A stretch of DNA of 64,000 bases from Deltaproteobacteria bacterium (lineage in GTDB: Bacteria; Desulfobacterota; Syntrophia; Syntrophales; Smithellaceae). A program made the translations under genes and the position numbers. The notes under the pieces were generated by a model. The model was not told the origin of the DNA. It did no database searches and saw only the letters and a program-made list of their open reading frames with translations. Shown in pieces: positions 38,985-47,981 of this stretch. Each line of letters begins with the position of its first letter. Position 1 is the stretch's first letter. The DNA is taken from NCBI GenBank assembly GCA_025361065.1, contig JANYAY010000147.1, positions 2,166 to 66,165 on the forward strand. Reading direction: 5' to 3'.

Positions 38985-39011
38985 AAGCGGGTGCTATCAG
39001 CCGCTTTTTTT
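38985..39011 (+). terminator. orphan rho-independent terminator-like hairpin
   Basis: Hairpin aagcgg-(10 nt)-ccgctt followed by ttttttat. There is no annotated + strand gene upstream. Confidence 0.35.
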
Positions 39012-39083
39012 ATTTCTGTTTAGCAATAGGCGACAAGGGAAAAGAAAAAGGGGCTAGAATTACTTCTAACCCCTTAATTTATT

Positions 39084-39160
<77 letters not shown>

Positions 39161-39261
39161 ATATTGCACTGTTCGAAAACGTTGGTTTTAGACCATTATC
39201 TCCAATATTTGTCAAGGAGTTATTTGGGGCGACCTCTTTTGTTAGCTGAAAGCTCGCCTTG

Positions 39262-40107
39262 TTATTCAGTTATGTAGCCCATCAGGCGATATATCAGTTT
39301 TGCCGCCATGAAATCCGGGGCAACGATACCGGGAATGGGCGCCAGTTCCACTACATCAAAGCCACGAACTTTGCACGACCGGGAAACTTTTTTCAGCAAG
39401 CACAGAACATCGGTCCAGCAAAGCCCCCCGGGCTCAGGGGTTCCAGTCGCCGGCATAATCGAAGGATCAAAGACATCCAGATCAATACTGATAAAAACAT
39501 CGCCTTTTAAATCCCGGCAAATTATTTCGCACCAGTCCTTATTCTCTAAAAGAAAATCAGCCGAATAGGATTTTATTTTACTTGTGGGCAGAAAATCTGC
39601 TTCTTCTTTGCTCATGCTCCGGATTCCTACCTGTACAAGCGGACAAATCTCGGAAATTCTTCGTGCTACAGAGGCATGGCTGTGGGGGCTCCCCTGATAG
39701 CTTGCCCGCAGATCCGCATGAGCATCCAGTTGCAATACCATCAATTCCGGATATTTTTCTTGGAGAGCGCCAACAGCCCCGAAGCTGATACTGTGCTCGC
39801 CGCCCAGCATAACCGGTATCTTATCCATTGCCGCAATTCGGGAAATTTTCCGGCGCACGGCGCCGACCATATGTTTGGGTCCGCGCGCATCAATGGCTAG
39901 TGGTGATGTTGTATGGATTCCCGCAGTATAAGTTTCCTTTTGGAGCTCTTCATCATAGAGCTCCATATTTGTGGAAGCTTCAATTATTGCCAGCGGTCCC
40001 CGGCGGCTTCCCGACTGATACGTGGAAGTAAGATCATAAGGAACGGGAACAACGACAAATAATGCATCCCGCAGGGAAGATTTCGGATAAACTCCGCCAA
40101 AATTCAT
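39262..40107 (-). CDS. speB: agmatinase (arginase family)
   Basis: Motifs GGEHS, DAHADL and SIDLDVFDP. The ATG at 40107 has GAGGA upstream. There is an alternative GTG at 40122. Confidence 0.85.
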   Translation of the reverse strand: MNFGGVYPKSSLRDALFVVVPVPYDLTSTYQSGSRRGPLAIIEASTNMELYDEELQKETYTAGIHTTSPLAIDARGPKHMVGAVRRKISRIAAMDKIPVMLGGEHSISFGAVGALQEKYPELMVLQLDAHADLRASYQGSPHSHASVARRISEICPLVQVGIRSMSKEEADFLPTSKIKSYSADFLLENKDWCEIICRDLKGDVFISIDLDVFDPSIMPATGTPEPGGLCWTDVLCLLKKVSRSCKVRGFDVVELAPIPGIVAPDFMAAKLIYRLMGYITE

Positions 40108-40297
40108 AGGTCTAATCCTCACATTTTTTACCGATAAAAAACGGTAAAAAGTTAAAGTATGGAAGCCAATACTTTCTGTATATTTAATTGTGCAATGGGG
40201 ATGAATATTAACACTTATCTTTTAAAAAAGATCGGGCTTCCTAGCATATAGAAGGTAATATGTCCAGTATTTCATAAGGAGGAGACAAATATTTATT

Positions 40298-40356
40298 AAT
40301 CAACCACATCGCAGAAAATTGCGGAGAATGAACGCTCGTCGAGCGTGAGCGGGATT
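40298..40356 (+). repeat. SR100 repeat, copy 5 (59-bp half-size variant)
   Basis: It retains both ends (aatcaaccac... and ...gcgtgagcgggatt) but only one internal sub-repeat. Confidence 0.7.
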
Positions 40357-40404
40357 GAACCTATCCGTCATTGATATTGATGGTCTTTATTTTCCTTTGC
40401 CTGG

Positions 40405-41175
40405 TCAACGATAATAACTCAGATAGAAATTCTTATTTTCGTAATAAAGAAATGAATAGTGATCGATCCAATCCCCCAGGGCGGCGAATGTTTTTTTCTT
40501 TCCGGCAACGGTATAGTGGCGCAAAACCGGTATGTGACAGTGGCCGACGATAACAGCATCATAATCTTTTTGAAACTTATCCACAGCAAAAGTCAGCATT
40601 TTTTCGACCAGCGCATCCCCGTTTTCTATAGTCATTTCCTTGCTGGCCACAGAGCTCACGCTGGCTAATATCCAACGGATTCGGGCCGGAATGAAGCGCT
40701 GGAAATGATAAAACAGCCGGCTGCGCAGAATTTTTCGGAACAATCGATATTTAAAATTCGTCTTATCCGTTGTATCACCATGAGCAATTAATGCCCTTAA
40801 ACCCTCCAGTTTAATATCAGCCCATTCTTCAAAGACTTCCATGCCTAAAACATCATGAAAATATTCCTTCAGAAAAAAATCATGGTTCCCTTCGCTCAAA
40901 TGGATCCGGATGCCTGATTTCTGCAATTCTATCAATTTATTGATGATTAAAATGAATTCCGGATAAATTCTATTTTTGTTACAAAACCAGAAATCAAACA
41001 GATCACCGACAATGTAAAGATCAGTAACAGGGGTTACTTTCCCTCCTGACCCGACAGAATCGATAAGCGGCTTCACCTTCCCATCCCTTATATCATTGAA
41101 GAAATTGACTAACTGACCATATCGCTCGTCAGTGGCTCTCTTTAAATGAGCATCAGAAATAAAGATTGCTTTCAT
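40405..41175 (-). CDS. lpxH: UDP-2,3-diacylglucosamine diphosphatase
   Basis: Metallophosphoesterase motifs ISDAHL, GDLFDFW and GNHD. The ATG at 41175 is preferred because the longer start lies in a repeat. Confidence 0.8.
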   Translation of the reverse strand: MKAIFISDAHLKRATDERYGQLVNFFNDIRDGKVKPLIDSVGSGGKVTPVTDLYIVGDLFDFWFCNKNRIYPEFILIINKLIELQKSGIRIHLSEGNHDFFLKEYFHDVLGMEVFEEWADIKLEGLRALIAHGDTTDKTNFKYRLFRKILRSRLFYHFQRFIPARIRWILASVSSVASKEMTIENGDALVEKMLTFAVDKFQKDYDAVIVGHCHIPVLRHYTVAGKKKTFAALGDWIDHYSFLYYENKNFYLSYYR

Positions 41176-41199
41176 TATACATACTCGAAAGATTATTTT

Positions 41200-41298
41200 A
41201 ATCCCGCTCACGCTGGACGAGCGTTAATTCTCCACAACTTGCTGCGATATAATGACTTTCCTTTCATATCTCGACCGCCTGCTGCGAGGTGGTTGATT
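41200..41298 (-). repeat. SR100 repeat, copy 6
   Basis: Full-length alignment with the other copies, 24 nt upstream of the lpxH ATG. Confidence 0.8.
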
Positions 41299-41347
41299 TA
41301 TTCCTTATCAGATAAATGCAATTAAGGTCAACACCTGCATAGACTAA

Positions 41348-41377
41348 TTGACAAGAATAGTATCTTTCCTGTAATAA
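41348..41377 (+). promoter_or_regulatory. sigma70-like promoter candidate
   Basis: TTGACA (41348-41353), an 18-nt spacer, then TAATAA (41372-41377). Confidence 0.3.
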
Positions 41378-41427
41378 ATCGGAGGATTTTAGATTTATCA
41401 AAAATATCTTCCTATAGGAGACCAAAA

Positions 41428-42234
41428 ATGATCAGTGATTACCCTTTTTTTCAACTCGAAAAATTCCCGGAAAATAAAACAGCCATACTCTATTTTAACC
41501 GTCCGGAAAAACTAAATGCCATGAGTTGGTCTTTCTGGCGCGATTTGCCGGCAGTGATTAAAGAAATCGAAGAAGATAAAGATATTGTAGCTGTAGTGAT
41601 TGCCGGGAGAGGAAAGTCTTTTAGTGTGGGTCTTGATGTAATGGAACTCGTCATCCATCATTCCGAGACTATTGCCGCCTCTACCGCGGAGGCACGGGAA
41701 AAGCTCCTGGAGATGATTTTTACAATGCAGAAGGGATTTCGTGCCATCGCCAATGGAGAAAAAGTTTACATTGCCGCTATTCATAAACATTGCATTGGCG
41801 CCGGATTGGATATTGCAGTTGCCTGCGACTTGCGTATGGCCACAACCGACGCGGTTTTCTCCCTGCGAGAAACAAAAATCGCCATTGTTGCCGATATGGG
41901 TTCACTAAACCGGCTACCTTTAATAATCGGACATGGCAACACACGTCTTTTGGCATATACAGGCCGGGATATTGGCGCCTCACAGGCACTGAACATGGGT
42001 TTGCTCAATGAAGTATATGAAAATCAGGATTCGTTAATGACTGCCGCCGTTAATCTGGCCTGCGAAATTGCAGCAAATCAGGCCGCCACAGTTCGCGGAA
42101 CAAAAAAGATTCTTAATTTTATGGAGAGCCACGGTCCGGAGGAAGGTTTGAATTATGTTGCCGCCTGGAATGCCGCTTTCCTGGATATCAAGGGAATTGA
42201 AAAAGCAATGGTTGCGGCCATGAAGAAAAAATAA
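41428..42234 (+). CDS. enoyl-CoA hydratase/isomerase (crotonase) family protein
   Basis: 268 aa with crotonase-fold stretches (LNAMS, GRGKSFSVGLD, CIGAGLD). Confidence 0.85.
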   Translation: MISDYPFFQLEKFPENKTAILYFNRPEKLNAMSWSFWRDLPAVIKEIEEDKDIVAVVIAGRGKSFSVGLDVMELVIHHSETIAASTAEAREKLLEMIFTMQKGFRAIANGEKVYIAAIHKHCIGAGLDIAVACDLRMATTDAVFSLRETKIAIVADMGSLNRLPLIIGHGNTRLLAYTGRDIGASQALNMGLLNEVYENQDSLMTAAVNLACEIAANQAATVRGTKKILNFMESHGPEEGLNYVAAWNAAFLDIKGIEKAMVAAMKKK

Positions 42235-42317
42235 TTGAATTGTTGTCATATCCGGCATTTTTTGCTAGCTTGCAGCCGGATTTTCCAGCATCCAAATAAG
42301 TTTTCAAAGGTAAAACG

Positions 42318-43313
42318 ATGATAAGAAACCAGGAAGCAATTAAACGAGCCAAAGAAGTATTAAAAATTGAAGCTCAAAGTATTCTTCGGTTAATTGATAA
42401 GCTTGATAACAACTTTTCCCGAGCGGTTGAGTTGATTTATAAATCAAAGGGACGAGTAATTATTACCGGAATCGGCAAGTCCGGTTTAATCGGCCATAAA
42501 ATTGTTGCTACACTGACAAGTACGGGAACACAGGCAATCTTTCTTCATCCGGTGGAAGGTATACACGGCGACCTGGGTATCGTCACGAAAGAAGATATTC
42601 TCCTGGCCATTTCCAATAGCGGTGAAACCCGTGAACTTATGCCTATTATCAGTTCAGTCCGCCACATCGGCGCTCCCGTTATCGCCTTTACCGGAAAGAT
42701 GTCGTCGAGTCTTGCCAAAATAAGCGATATCACTATTGATGTATCCGTGGAAAAAGAAGCCTGCCCTTTTGGCCTCGCCCCGACATCCAGTTCAACTGCC
42801 GCTCTGGCCATGGGCGATGCACTGGCCATTGCACTTATTGACAAAAGGAAATTTCTGGAAAAAGATTTTTATAAATTTCATCCCGGAGGAAGCCTGGGTA
42901 CAAGATTAAAAGCAACAGTCGGCGATGTCATGATAATAGGCAAGCAGATTCCGCAAGTGCTTGCTGGAACAAGTGCCCGCAAAGCGATTCAGGAGATTGA
43001 TCACAAAAATGTCGGTTTCGTATTAGTCACCGATAAAAACAATAAACTCATCGGAATTTTAACGGATGGAGATGTCCGCCGTCTGATCAGTAACGGAATA
43101 CCCTTTGATGGGAAAACAATTGACGATTTAATGACGCGTAATCCCAAAACGATTGATGAAACCGCCTCATTGGCCGAAACTATAGAACATATGCAAAAAG
43201 ATGAAATAACCGCGTTAGCCGTCATCAACAAGAAAAAGGAACTCAAAGGTTATCTGCATATGCATGATATATTGGGCAGAGGTGGAACGATCAACATATC
43301 ATTAACCTATTAA
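42318..43313 (+). CDS. kdsD: arabinose-5-phosphate isomerase (SIS + 2 CBS; KdsD/KpsF)
   Basis: Motif GIGKSGLIGHKIVATLTSTGT plus a CBS pair at the C-terminus. Confidence 0.85.
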   Translation: MIRNQEAIKRAKEVLKIEAQSILRLIDKLDNNFSRAVELIYKSKGRVIITGIGKSGLIGHKIVATLTSTGTQAIFLHPVEGIHGDLGIVTKEDILLAISNSGETRELMPIISSVRHIGAPVIAFTGKMSSSLAKISDITIDVSVEKEACPFGLAPTSSSTAALAMGDALAIALIDKRKFLEKDFYKFHPGGSLGTRLKATVGDVMIIGKQIPQVLAGTSARKAIQEIDHKNVGFVLVTDKNNKLIGILTDGDVRRLISNGIPFDGKTIDDLMTRNPKTIDETASLAETIEHMQKDEITALAVINKKKELKGYLHMHDILGRGGTINISLTY

Positions 43314-43333
43314 AATTAAAAAGTTGATAATTT

Positions 43334-43858
43334 ATGGCGCTCTATGAATTTGAAGGTAAAAGACCTCAGGTACCGGCGGATTCTTTTGTTCACCCTGCTG
43401 CCGTATTAATCGGCGATATTCGGCTGGGCCATGAATGCTGGATTGCCCCCGGCGTCGTTATCCGGGCGGAATTCGGCCCGATTGAAATTGGCAACCGTTG
43501 CAATATACAGGATAATTCCATTATTCACGTCAATCCGGACGCACGGGTGATCATCGAAGAAAATGTTATTGTCGCTCATGGCGTAATTCTTCACGATGTG
43601 CACCTCAAGGCCAGATGTATAATCGGCATGGGTGCGATCCTGATGTTTAATGTTGTCTGTTCAGAAGATGTCATTGTGGCGGCAGGTTCATTTGTATCCA
43701 GAGGCATGCAAATACCTGCCGGCAAAATTGTTTCCGGCAATCCGGCGGAAGTCATTCGCGATGTATCCGAAAAACAAAAGCTGATGGCCAGGGAAGGAAT
43801 AGATACATACTGTGATCTTTGCCGAAAGTATCTTACGACAATGAAATTAGTCGTTTAA
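43334..43858 (+). CDS. gamma-carbonic-anhydrase-like hexapeptide-repeat protein
   Basis: 174 aa with a left-handed beta-helix repeat pattern and an N-terminus typical of the family (MALYEFEGKRPQV). Confidence 0.8.
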   Translation: MALYEFEGKRPQVPADSFVHPAAVLIGDIRLGHECWIAPGVVIRAEFGPIEIGNRCNIQDNSIIHVNPDARVIIEENVIVAHGVILHDVHLKARCIIGMGAILMFNVVCSEDVIVAAGSFVSRGMQIPAGKIVSGNPAEVIRDVSEKQKLMAREGIDTYCDLCRKYLTTMKLVV

Positions 43859-43863
43859 TCCTG

Positions 43864-43893
43864 TTGACATATAACAGTGTTTTCCCCTATACT
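43864..43893 (+). promoter_or_regulatory. sigma70-like promoter for the OMP gene
   Basis: TTGACA (43864-43869), an 18-nt spacer, then TATACT (43888-43893). Confidence 0.4.
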
Positions 43894-43920
43894 TCTTTTC
43901 CAGAAAAGCAGGTTATAGCA

Positions 43921-44019
43921 AATCAACCACCTCGCGAGCTCGCTGTCGAGGTATGAAATGAACGTTATTATATCGCAGCAAGCTGCGGAGAATTAACGCT
44001 CGTCCCGCGTGAGCGGGAT
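43921..44019 (+). repeat. SR100 repeat, copy 7
   Basis: Full-length alignment with the other copies, between the promoter candidate and the RBS of 44065. Confidence 0.8.
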
Positions 44020-44064
44020 CAAATCAATACGCGTATCCCAACGAATAATGGAAAGGAGTGTGTA

Positions 44065-44847
44065 ATGAAGAAACATGGTAGAAAGATGGTATTGCTCTTA
44101 GCGATTTTTTTCTTGTTTGGCATTGTTGCCCAGGCGAGCGCTTTTGAACTGGGAGCAAGGGGTTATTTGTGGTTCCCCGATCTCAAAAAGTCGGATATCC
44201 AGACGACCGTCGGCGGTATCCAGAATTCGGACATCAACACGAAAGATATGCTGGGGATCGGGAACAAGGCCACTTACGCAGCCGAGGTCTACGGTGGAGT
44301 GGGAAAGAATCATGTAAGCCTGATGTTTACGCCCTTCGGCTATTCGGACAATACCGTTCTTGCTTCACCTCTGACATACAACGGCGTAACCTATAACACC
44401 GGCACTGCCATTCAGTCGGATTTGCAGTATTCCATGTTCGACCTCAAATACCAGCGTGATCTTATCAATATGGAAAATATCCTCGCTGGTTTTTCCGTGG
44501 GTGGCATTGCCCAGATCAAGTATTCCACCGGGAGTTTTACAATGAAGGCAACTGGCGCCGGTTTTGATCAAAAGAAGTCGTTTAATTCCGTGATCCCCAT
44601 GATCGGTATCGGCGCCCATATCGGACTGCTGGCCAACCTGCTGGAACTGCGGGCACAGGCTACGGTCGGCGGGTATAGTTCCAATAATTATTCTTATGAA
44701 GCCCTGGCGGATCTGTCTGTCACTCCCTTTCCGTTCGTCGATATCAACCTGGGCTATAAAATTCTCCAGTTGAAGATGGATACAGACAATTTCAAGATGG
44801 ATACGCTTTACACCGGGCCTTATCTGGCTTTGACAGTCGGCTTTTAA
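44065..44847 (+). CDS. outer-membrane beta-barrel protein (hypothetical)
   Basis: Signal peptide (LLAIFFLFGIVAQASA), alternating beta-strand pattern and a C-terminal aromatic residue (…LTVGF). GGAAAGGAG RBS. Confidence 0.65.
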   Translation: MKKHGRKMVLLLAIFFLFGIVAQASAFELGARGYLWFPDLKKSDIQTTVGGIQNSDINTKDMLGIGNKATYAAEVYGGVGKNHVSLMFTPFGYSDNTVLASPLTYNGVTYNTGTAIQSDLQYSMFDLKYQRDLINMENILAGFSVGGIAQIKYSTGSFTMKATGAGFDQKKSFNSVIPMIGIGAHIGLLANLLELRAQATVGGYSSNNYSYEALADLSVTPFPFVDINLGYKILQLKMDTDNFKMDTLYTGPYLALTVGF

Positions 44848-44868
44848 TACCAAGTTGTTAATCTGATC

Positions 44869-44904
44869 AGTCGTCCCTGAAAGGACTCTTTTTCAGGGAC
44901 GACT
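44869..44904 (+). terminator. hairpin terminator candidate
   Basis: A 14-bp perfect stem agtcgtccctgaaa / tttcagggacgact with an 8-nt loop. The T-tract is weak. Confidence 0.4.
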
Positions 44905-44950
44905 ACATTACAGCGGACATCCGTGAAGACCTGCACAACTCCCTTATTCG

Positions 44951-45049
44951 TCATTCCGTATATATGCTTACACTCCAACTCTTCTTATGGACATCCATAC
45001 CCACGTAAATGTGTTGACCGCTGAAATCAAGTTTGTTACCTTTATCCAT
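44951..45049 (-). pseudogene. N-terminal stub of an IS110-family-like transposase
   Basis: 32 codons, MDKGNKLDFSGQHIYVGMDVHKKSWSVSIYTE*, with a GGAG RBS. The GxDVHK motif is typical of DEDD transposases. The stub is cut off where a type-A repeat fragment (ttcgtcattccgta) begins. Confidence 0.4.
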
Positions 45050-45193
45050 GGCAAGTCTCCTTCAGGTTTGTTTTTGTTTTGGCAAACAAAATATACCATT
45101 TAAGATTGAGACTTGCCCTTGTATTTTTTTATCATAAGGTCTGTCTTAGGCCGGAATCTAGGAAGTGCATGATAATACTGGATACCGGCCTGT

Positions 45194-45605
45194 GAGACTG
45201 TGTCGCAATTGCAAAAGCGCTATCAATAGTGTCATGCCGATGAATAACCTAAAGGTCACGCGAATCGGCATCCAGACATCGTCCCGGCGAAAGAGACTGT
45301 GTCGCAATAGGATAAATTGCTATTTCGTGTCCTCCGCTGGCGGAGGTGTCACGTAGTGACGGAGGTGGACTAAGTAGTACCAATGTGTAACTTATTCATA
45401 TTACAGCCACTTAAAAAACATCCACCCCCTTGCCCCCGCCAGCGGGGGACATTACGAATAGACGGCAATCAGCATCTGTCAATTGCGACACAGTCTCGAA
45501 AGCCGGGAACCAGAATATGTACTGAAAATACTGGATTCCCCCGTATCAAGTACGGGGCAGGCTCTTCGTCGCGCTTCGCTTGCACGGAATAACGAAACGG
45601 TCTCC
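45194..45605 (+). mobile_element. type-A MITE copy carrying a nested type-B element
   Basis: With 45293-45501 removed, it aligns end to end with the reverse complement of 4323-4490. The left TIR gagactgtgtcgcaat is intact and the right end is degenerate. Confidence 0.7.
45293..45497 (+). mobile_element. 205-bp type-B MITE with perfect 16-bp TIRs, nested in the type-A copy
   Basis: TIRs gagactgtgtcgcaat and attgcgacacagtctc, flanked by GAAA/GAAA inside the split hairpin cccggc...gccggg. Confidence 0.75.
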
Positions 45606-45682
45606 TACGCCAGCATAACATAATTGCTGGTTTTATGCAGTTGTGCAAAGGTTTCTTGTTTTTCTCTTTACAGCAATTAATT

Positions 45683-46450
45683 CTACAAATTACCGGCCAG
45701 GACGGCGGCGCCAATAGCGCCGGTGAGCTGAGCGTATTCGGAAACCTCCGCTTTTAACCCCAGAGCTTTTTCCAGGGCCTGGATCAAACCGACATTTTTA
45801 GCCACACCTCCTGTGACCATTAATGGTGTTGTCAAACCGGCACGCGCAGCCAGCGCTGCAATTCGCGATCCGATAGATTCATGAATTCCCGCAATAATAT
45901 TTTCTCGGGCGACTCCTTTAGAGATAAGCGAGATGACTTCAGACTCGGCAAAGACGGTGCACAAACTGCTGATCTGGGCAGGATTCTGCGCGAGAAGCGA
46001 CAGCGCACCAAAATCATCCAGATTGATTTCCAGAGCCCGCGCCATTACCTCCAGAAAGCGTCCTGTTCCCGCCGCGCATTTGTCGTTCATAATAAAGTTT
46101 TTCACTTTGCCCCGGTCATCAAGGAGAATGGCCTTGCTGTCCTGGCCGCCAATATCAATAATAAAGCGGATCTTATCGTTGAGAAAATACGCTCCGGCGG
46201 CATGGCAGGTGATTTCGGTAACAGCCTTATCGGCAAAATCAAGGCTGCTGCGGCCATAGCCGGTAGCAACAATTTTAATGTCCGCAGTTTCGTTTATTCC
46301 GATATTCTGCAGAAGCTCGGTAAATACTCTTTTGCCGGCAGCGGCGGAATTATAGCCGGTAAAAACAAGGTTGGTACCGACAAGCTTTCCATGCTGTAAT
46401 GCGGCGGCTTTAGTGGTAATGGAGCCGATATCAATACCTACGGTGTACAT
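45683..46450 (-). CDS. 2-hydroxyacyl-CoA dehydratase activase (BcrAD/BadFG/HgdC-type ATPase)
   Basis: Motifs GIDIGS, DIGGQDSK and NDKCAAGTGRF. It overlaps the upstream gene by 13 nt. Confidence 0.9.
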   Translation of the reverse strand: MYTVGIDIGSITTKAAALQHGKLVGTNLVFTGYNSAAAGKRVFTELLQNIGINETADIKIVATGYGRSSLDFADKAVTEITCHAAGAYFLNDKIRFIIDIGGQDSKAILLDDRGKVKNFIMNDKCAAGTGRFLEVMARALEINLDDFGALSLLAQNPAQISSLCTVFAESEVISLISKGVARENIIAGIHESIGSRIAALAARAGLTTPLMVTGGVAKNVGLIQALEKALGLKAEVSEYAQLTGAIGAAVLAGNL

Positions 46451-47682
46451 GATTTCCTTTCTTTAACTACTTCCATAAATGCGTCGATGCGTGTTGCAAT
46501 CTGGCTTTCCGAGAAGAATCTTTCATCGACCATATCCGCTTCGATCATAAGTGACGGCACACCGCGCTTTTCGCGGACAATACGCTGAATGTCGAGTTGC
46601 CCGAACGAATAGGGCTTGCAGCTTCTGTTGGAATGAATGACCAGTCCATCCGCACTGTATTTATCAATCATCTGAATCACAATCCGCGCCATTTCATCGA
46701 TGCCGATGTTCAAATAAATCCGGGAGTAGGCTTCGGCCATGGATTCGATAAAATTATTTTCGTCGATGTATTTCAAAGTTCCGCACCAGGCCGAGGTGTA
46801 GGTATCGGCAACCAGGCAGGCATCAGCGGCGGCAAATTTATCGGAAAGCCACTTGGTGCGGTACCAGACCGGCAGGTTATCCCAAAGCAGGCGGTATTTT
46901 TCGTTTTCTACTGCTCCGATACCGTCGGCAACGCGCTGCTTCATCTCCGCCAGTAATCCTTCGTAATAATCGACAGCCTGTTTTGTTCCCCGCAGGGTGA
47001 CAATCAGCGCCAGATGGAAAAAGGCGTCAAAGGCGGAAAGCGGCGCCGGTCTGTTCACAGCAGTATCCAGTACAGCCTGCCAGAGTCTCTGGCCTTGAAC
47101 AGAAAGCCTGCCGACTTCTTTCATCCGGTCGTGATCCATTTTCTTTCCACAGGCATTTTCCAGAAAAATAATATATTCTTCAATTTGCCGGTGAACATAT
47201 TGGCGGGCTTCCTTCGTAAATTGCGTATGACAAAATGGTGTGTCGAGAATAAACAACGGCACATTAAAATAGCGGGCCTGGACTTCATACCATTTCAGTA
47301 CCGTGCCGCAGATATTATTGCCGCAGATCAGCATGTCCGGTTTGGGCAGACCGCCAATGGGGCCGCCGTTGACCGTAGCGCAGGAAATATCGCTGCGGGC
47401 GTAGGAACAAAGATCGCTGGAATAACCCATGGCTTCGGCCTTCTGACACAGATCAATACCCATCTTGCTCGCGCCGATCATGGCGCCGTGATTCTCCGGA
47501 TAAACAGGAATGACATCCATGGCAATCAAAGGCTCCACCGGACCGCCGCTCGTGATCCAGGCGACTTTTTTACCGGATTGTTCCGCAGTCTTGGCCTCGA
47601 TATAATAGTTTGTCATAATGTCTTTCATCTTTTTGACGGACTTGATTTTCCTCTTTTCTTTTTCGGGGTCTTGTTCAGCCAT
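46438..47682 (-). CDS. 2-hydroxyacyl-CoA dehydratase-family subunit (HgdA/BcrC-like)
   Basis: 414 aa with family-typical Cys positions and architecture (VAWITSGGPVE, LCSYARS). Confidence 0.8.
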   Translation of the reverse strand: MAEQDPEKEKRKIKSVKKMKDIMTNYYIEAKTAEQSGKKVAWITSGGPVEPLIAMDVIPVYPENHGAMIGASKMGIDLCQKAEAMGYSSDLCSYARSDISCATVNGGPIGGLPKPDMLICGNNICGTVLKWYEVQARYFNVPLFILDTPFCHTQFTKEARQYVHRQIEEYIIFLENACGKKMDHDRMKEVGRLSVQGQRLWQAVLDTAVNRPAPLSAFDAFFHLALIVTLRGTKQAVDYYEGLLAEMKQRVADGIGAVENEKYRLLWDNLPVWYRTKWLSDKFAAADACLVADTYTSAWCGTLKYIDENNFIESMAEAYSRIYLNIGIDEMARIVIQMIDKYSADGLVIHSNRSCKPYSFGQLDIQRIVREKRGVPSLMIEADMVDERFFSESQIATRIDAFMEVVKERKSCTP

Positions 47683-47731
47683 TATTATCTCCTTAATATG
47701 GTGGGGTCGTAAAAAGTCGAAAAACGTTCAT

Positions 47732-47933
47732 GCCGGCAACGATATTGTGTCGCAATTAACTTTCGTGTCATTATGTGCCTTTGCCTGTCCCCCGCCGGCG
47801 GGGGATTAAGGGGGTGGACTTGTTAATGTGGCCGTAATTTTTATCCAAGTTACAGGTTGTAATTCCTTTTTCCACCTCCGTCACTTCGTGACACCTCCGC
47901 CAGCGGAGGACATTGCTGTTGCGCCACAGTCTC
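47732..47933 (-). mobile_element. type-B MITE copy (degenerate termini) between the two dehydratase subunit genes
   Basis: Aligns along its length with the reverse complement of 45293-45497. Shared blocks are cccccgccggcggggga and ccacctccgtcac..gtgacacctccgccagcggaggac. Confidence 0.65.
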
Positions 47934-47981
47934 TTCTCTGGAATGACAAAAAAGGACAAAAGCGACTTTTTTGTCGGAACG

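Noticed and set aside
45383-45592. 69-aa ORF inside the composite repeat region
   Set aside because: It is encoded entirely by MITE sequence and has no RBS. The same peptide tail appears wherever the repeat occurs.
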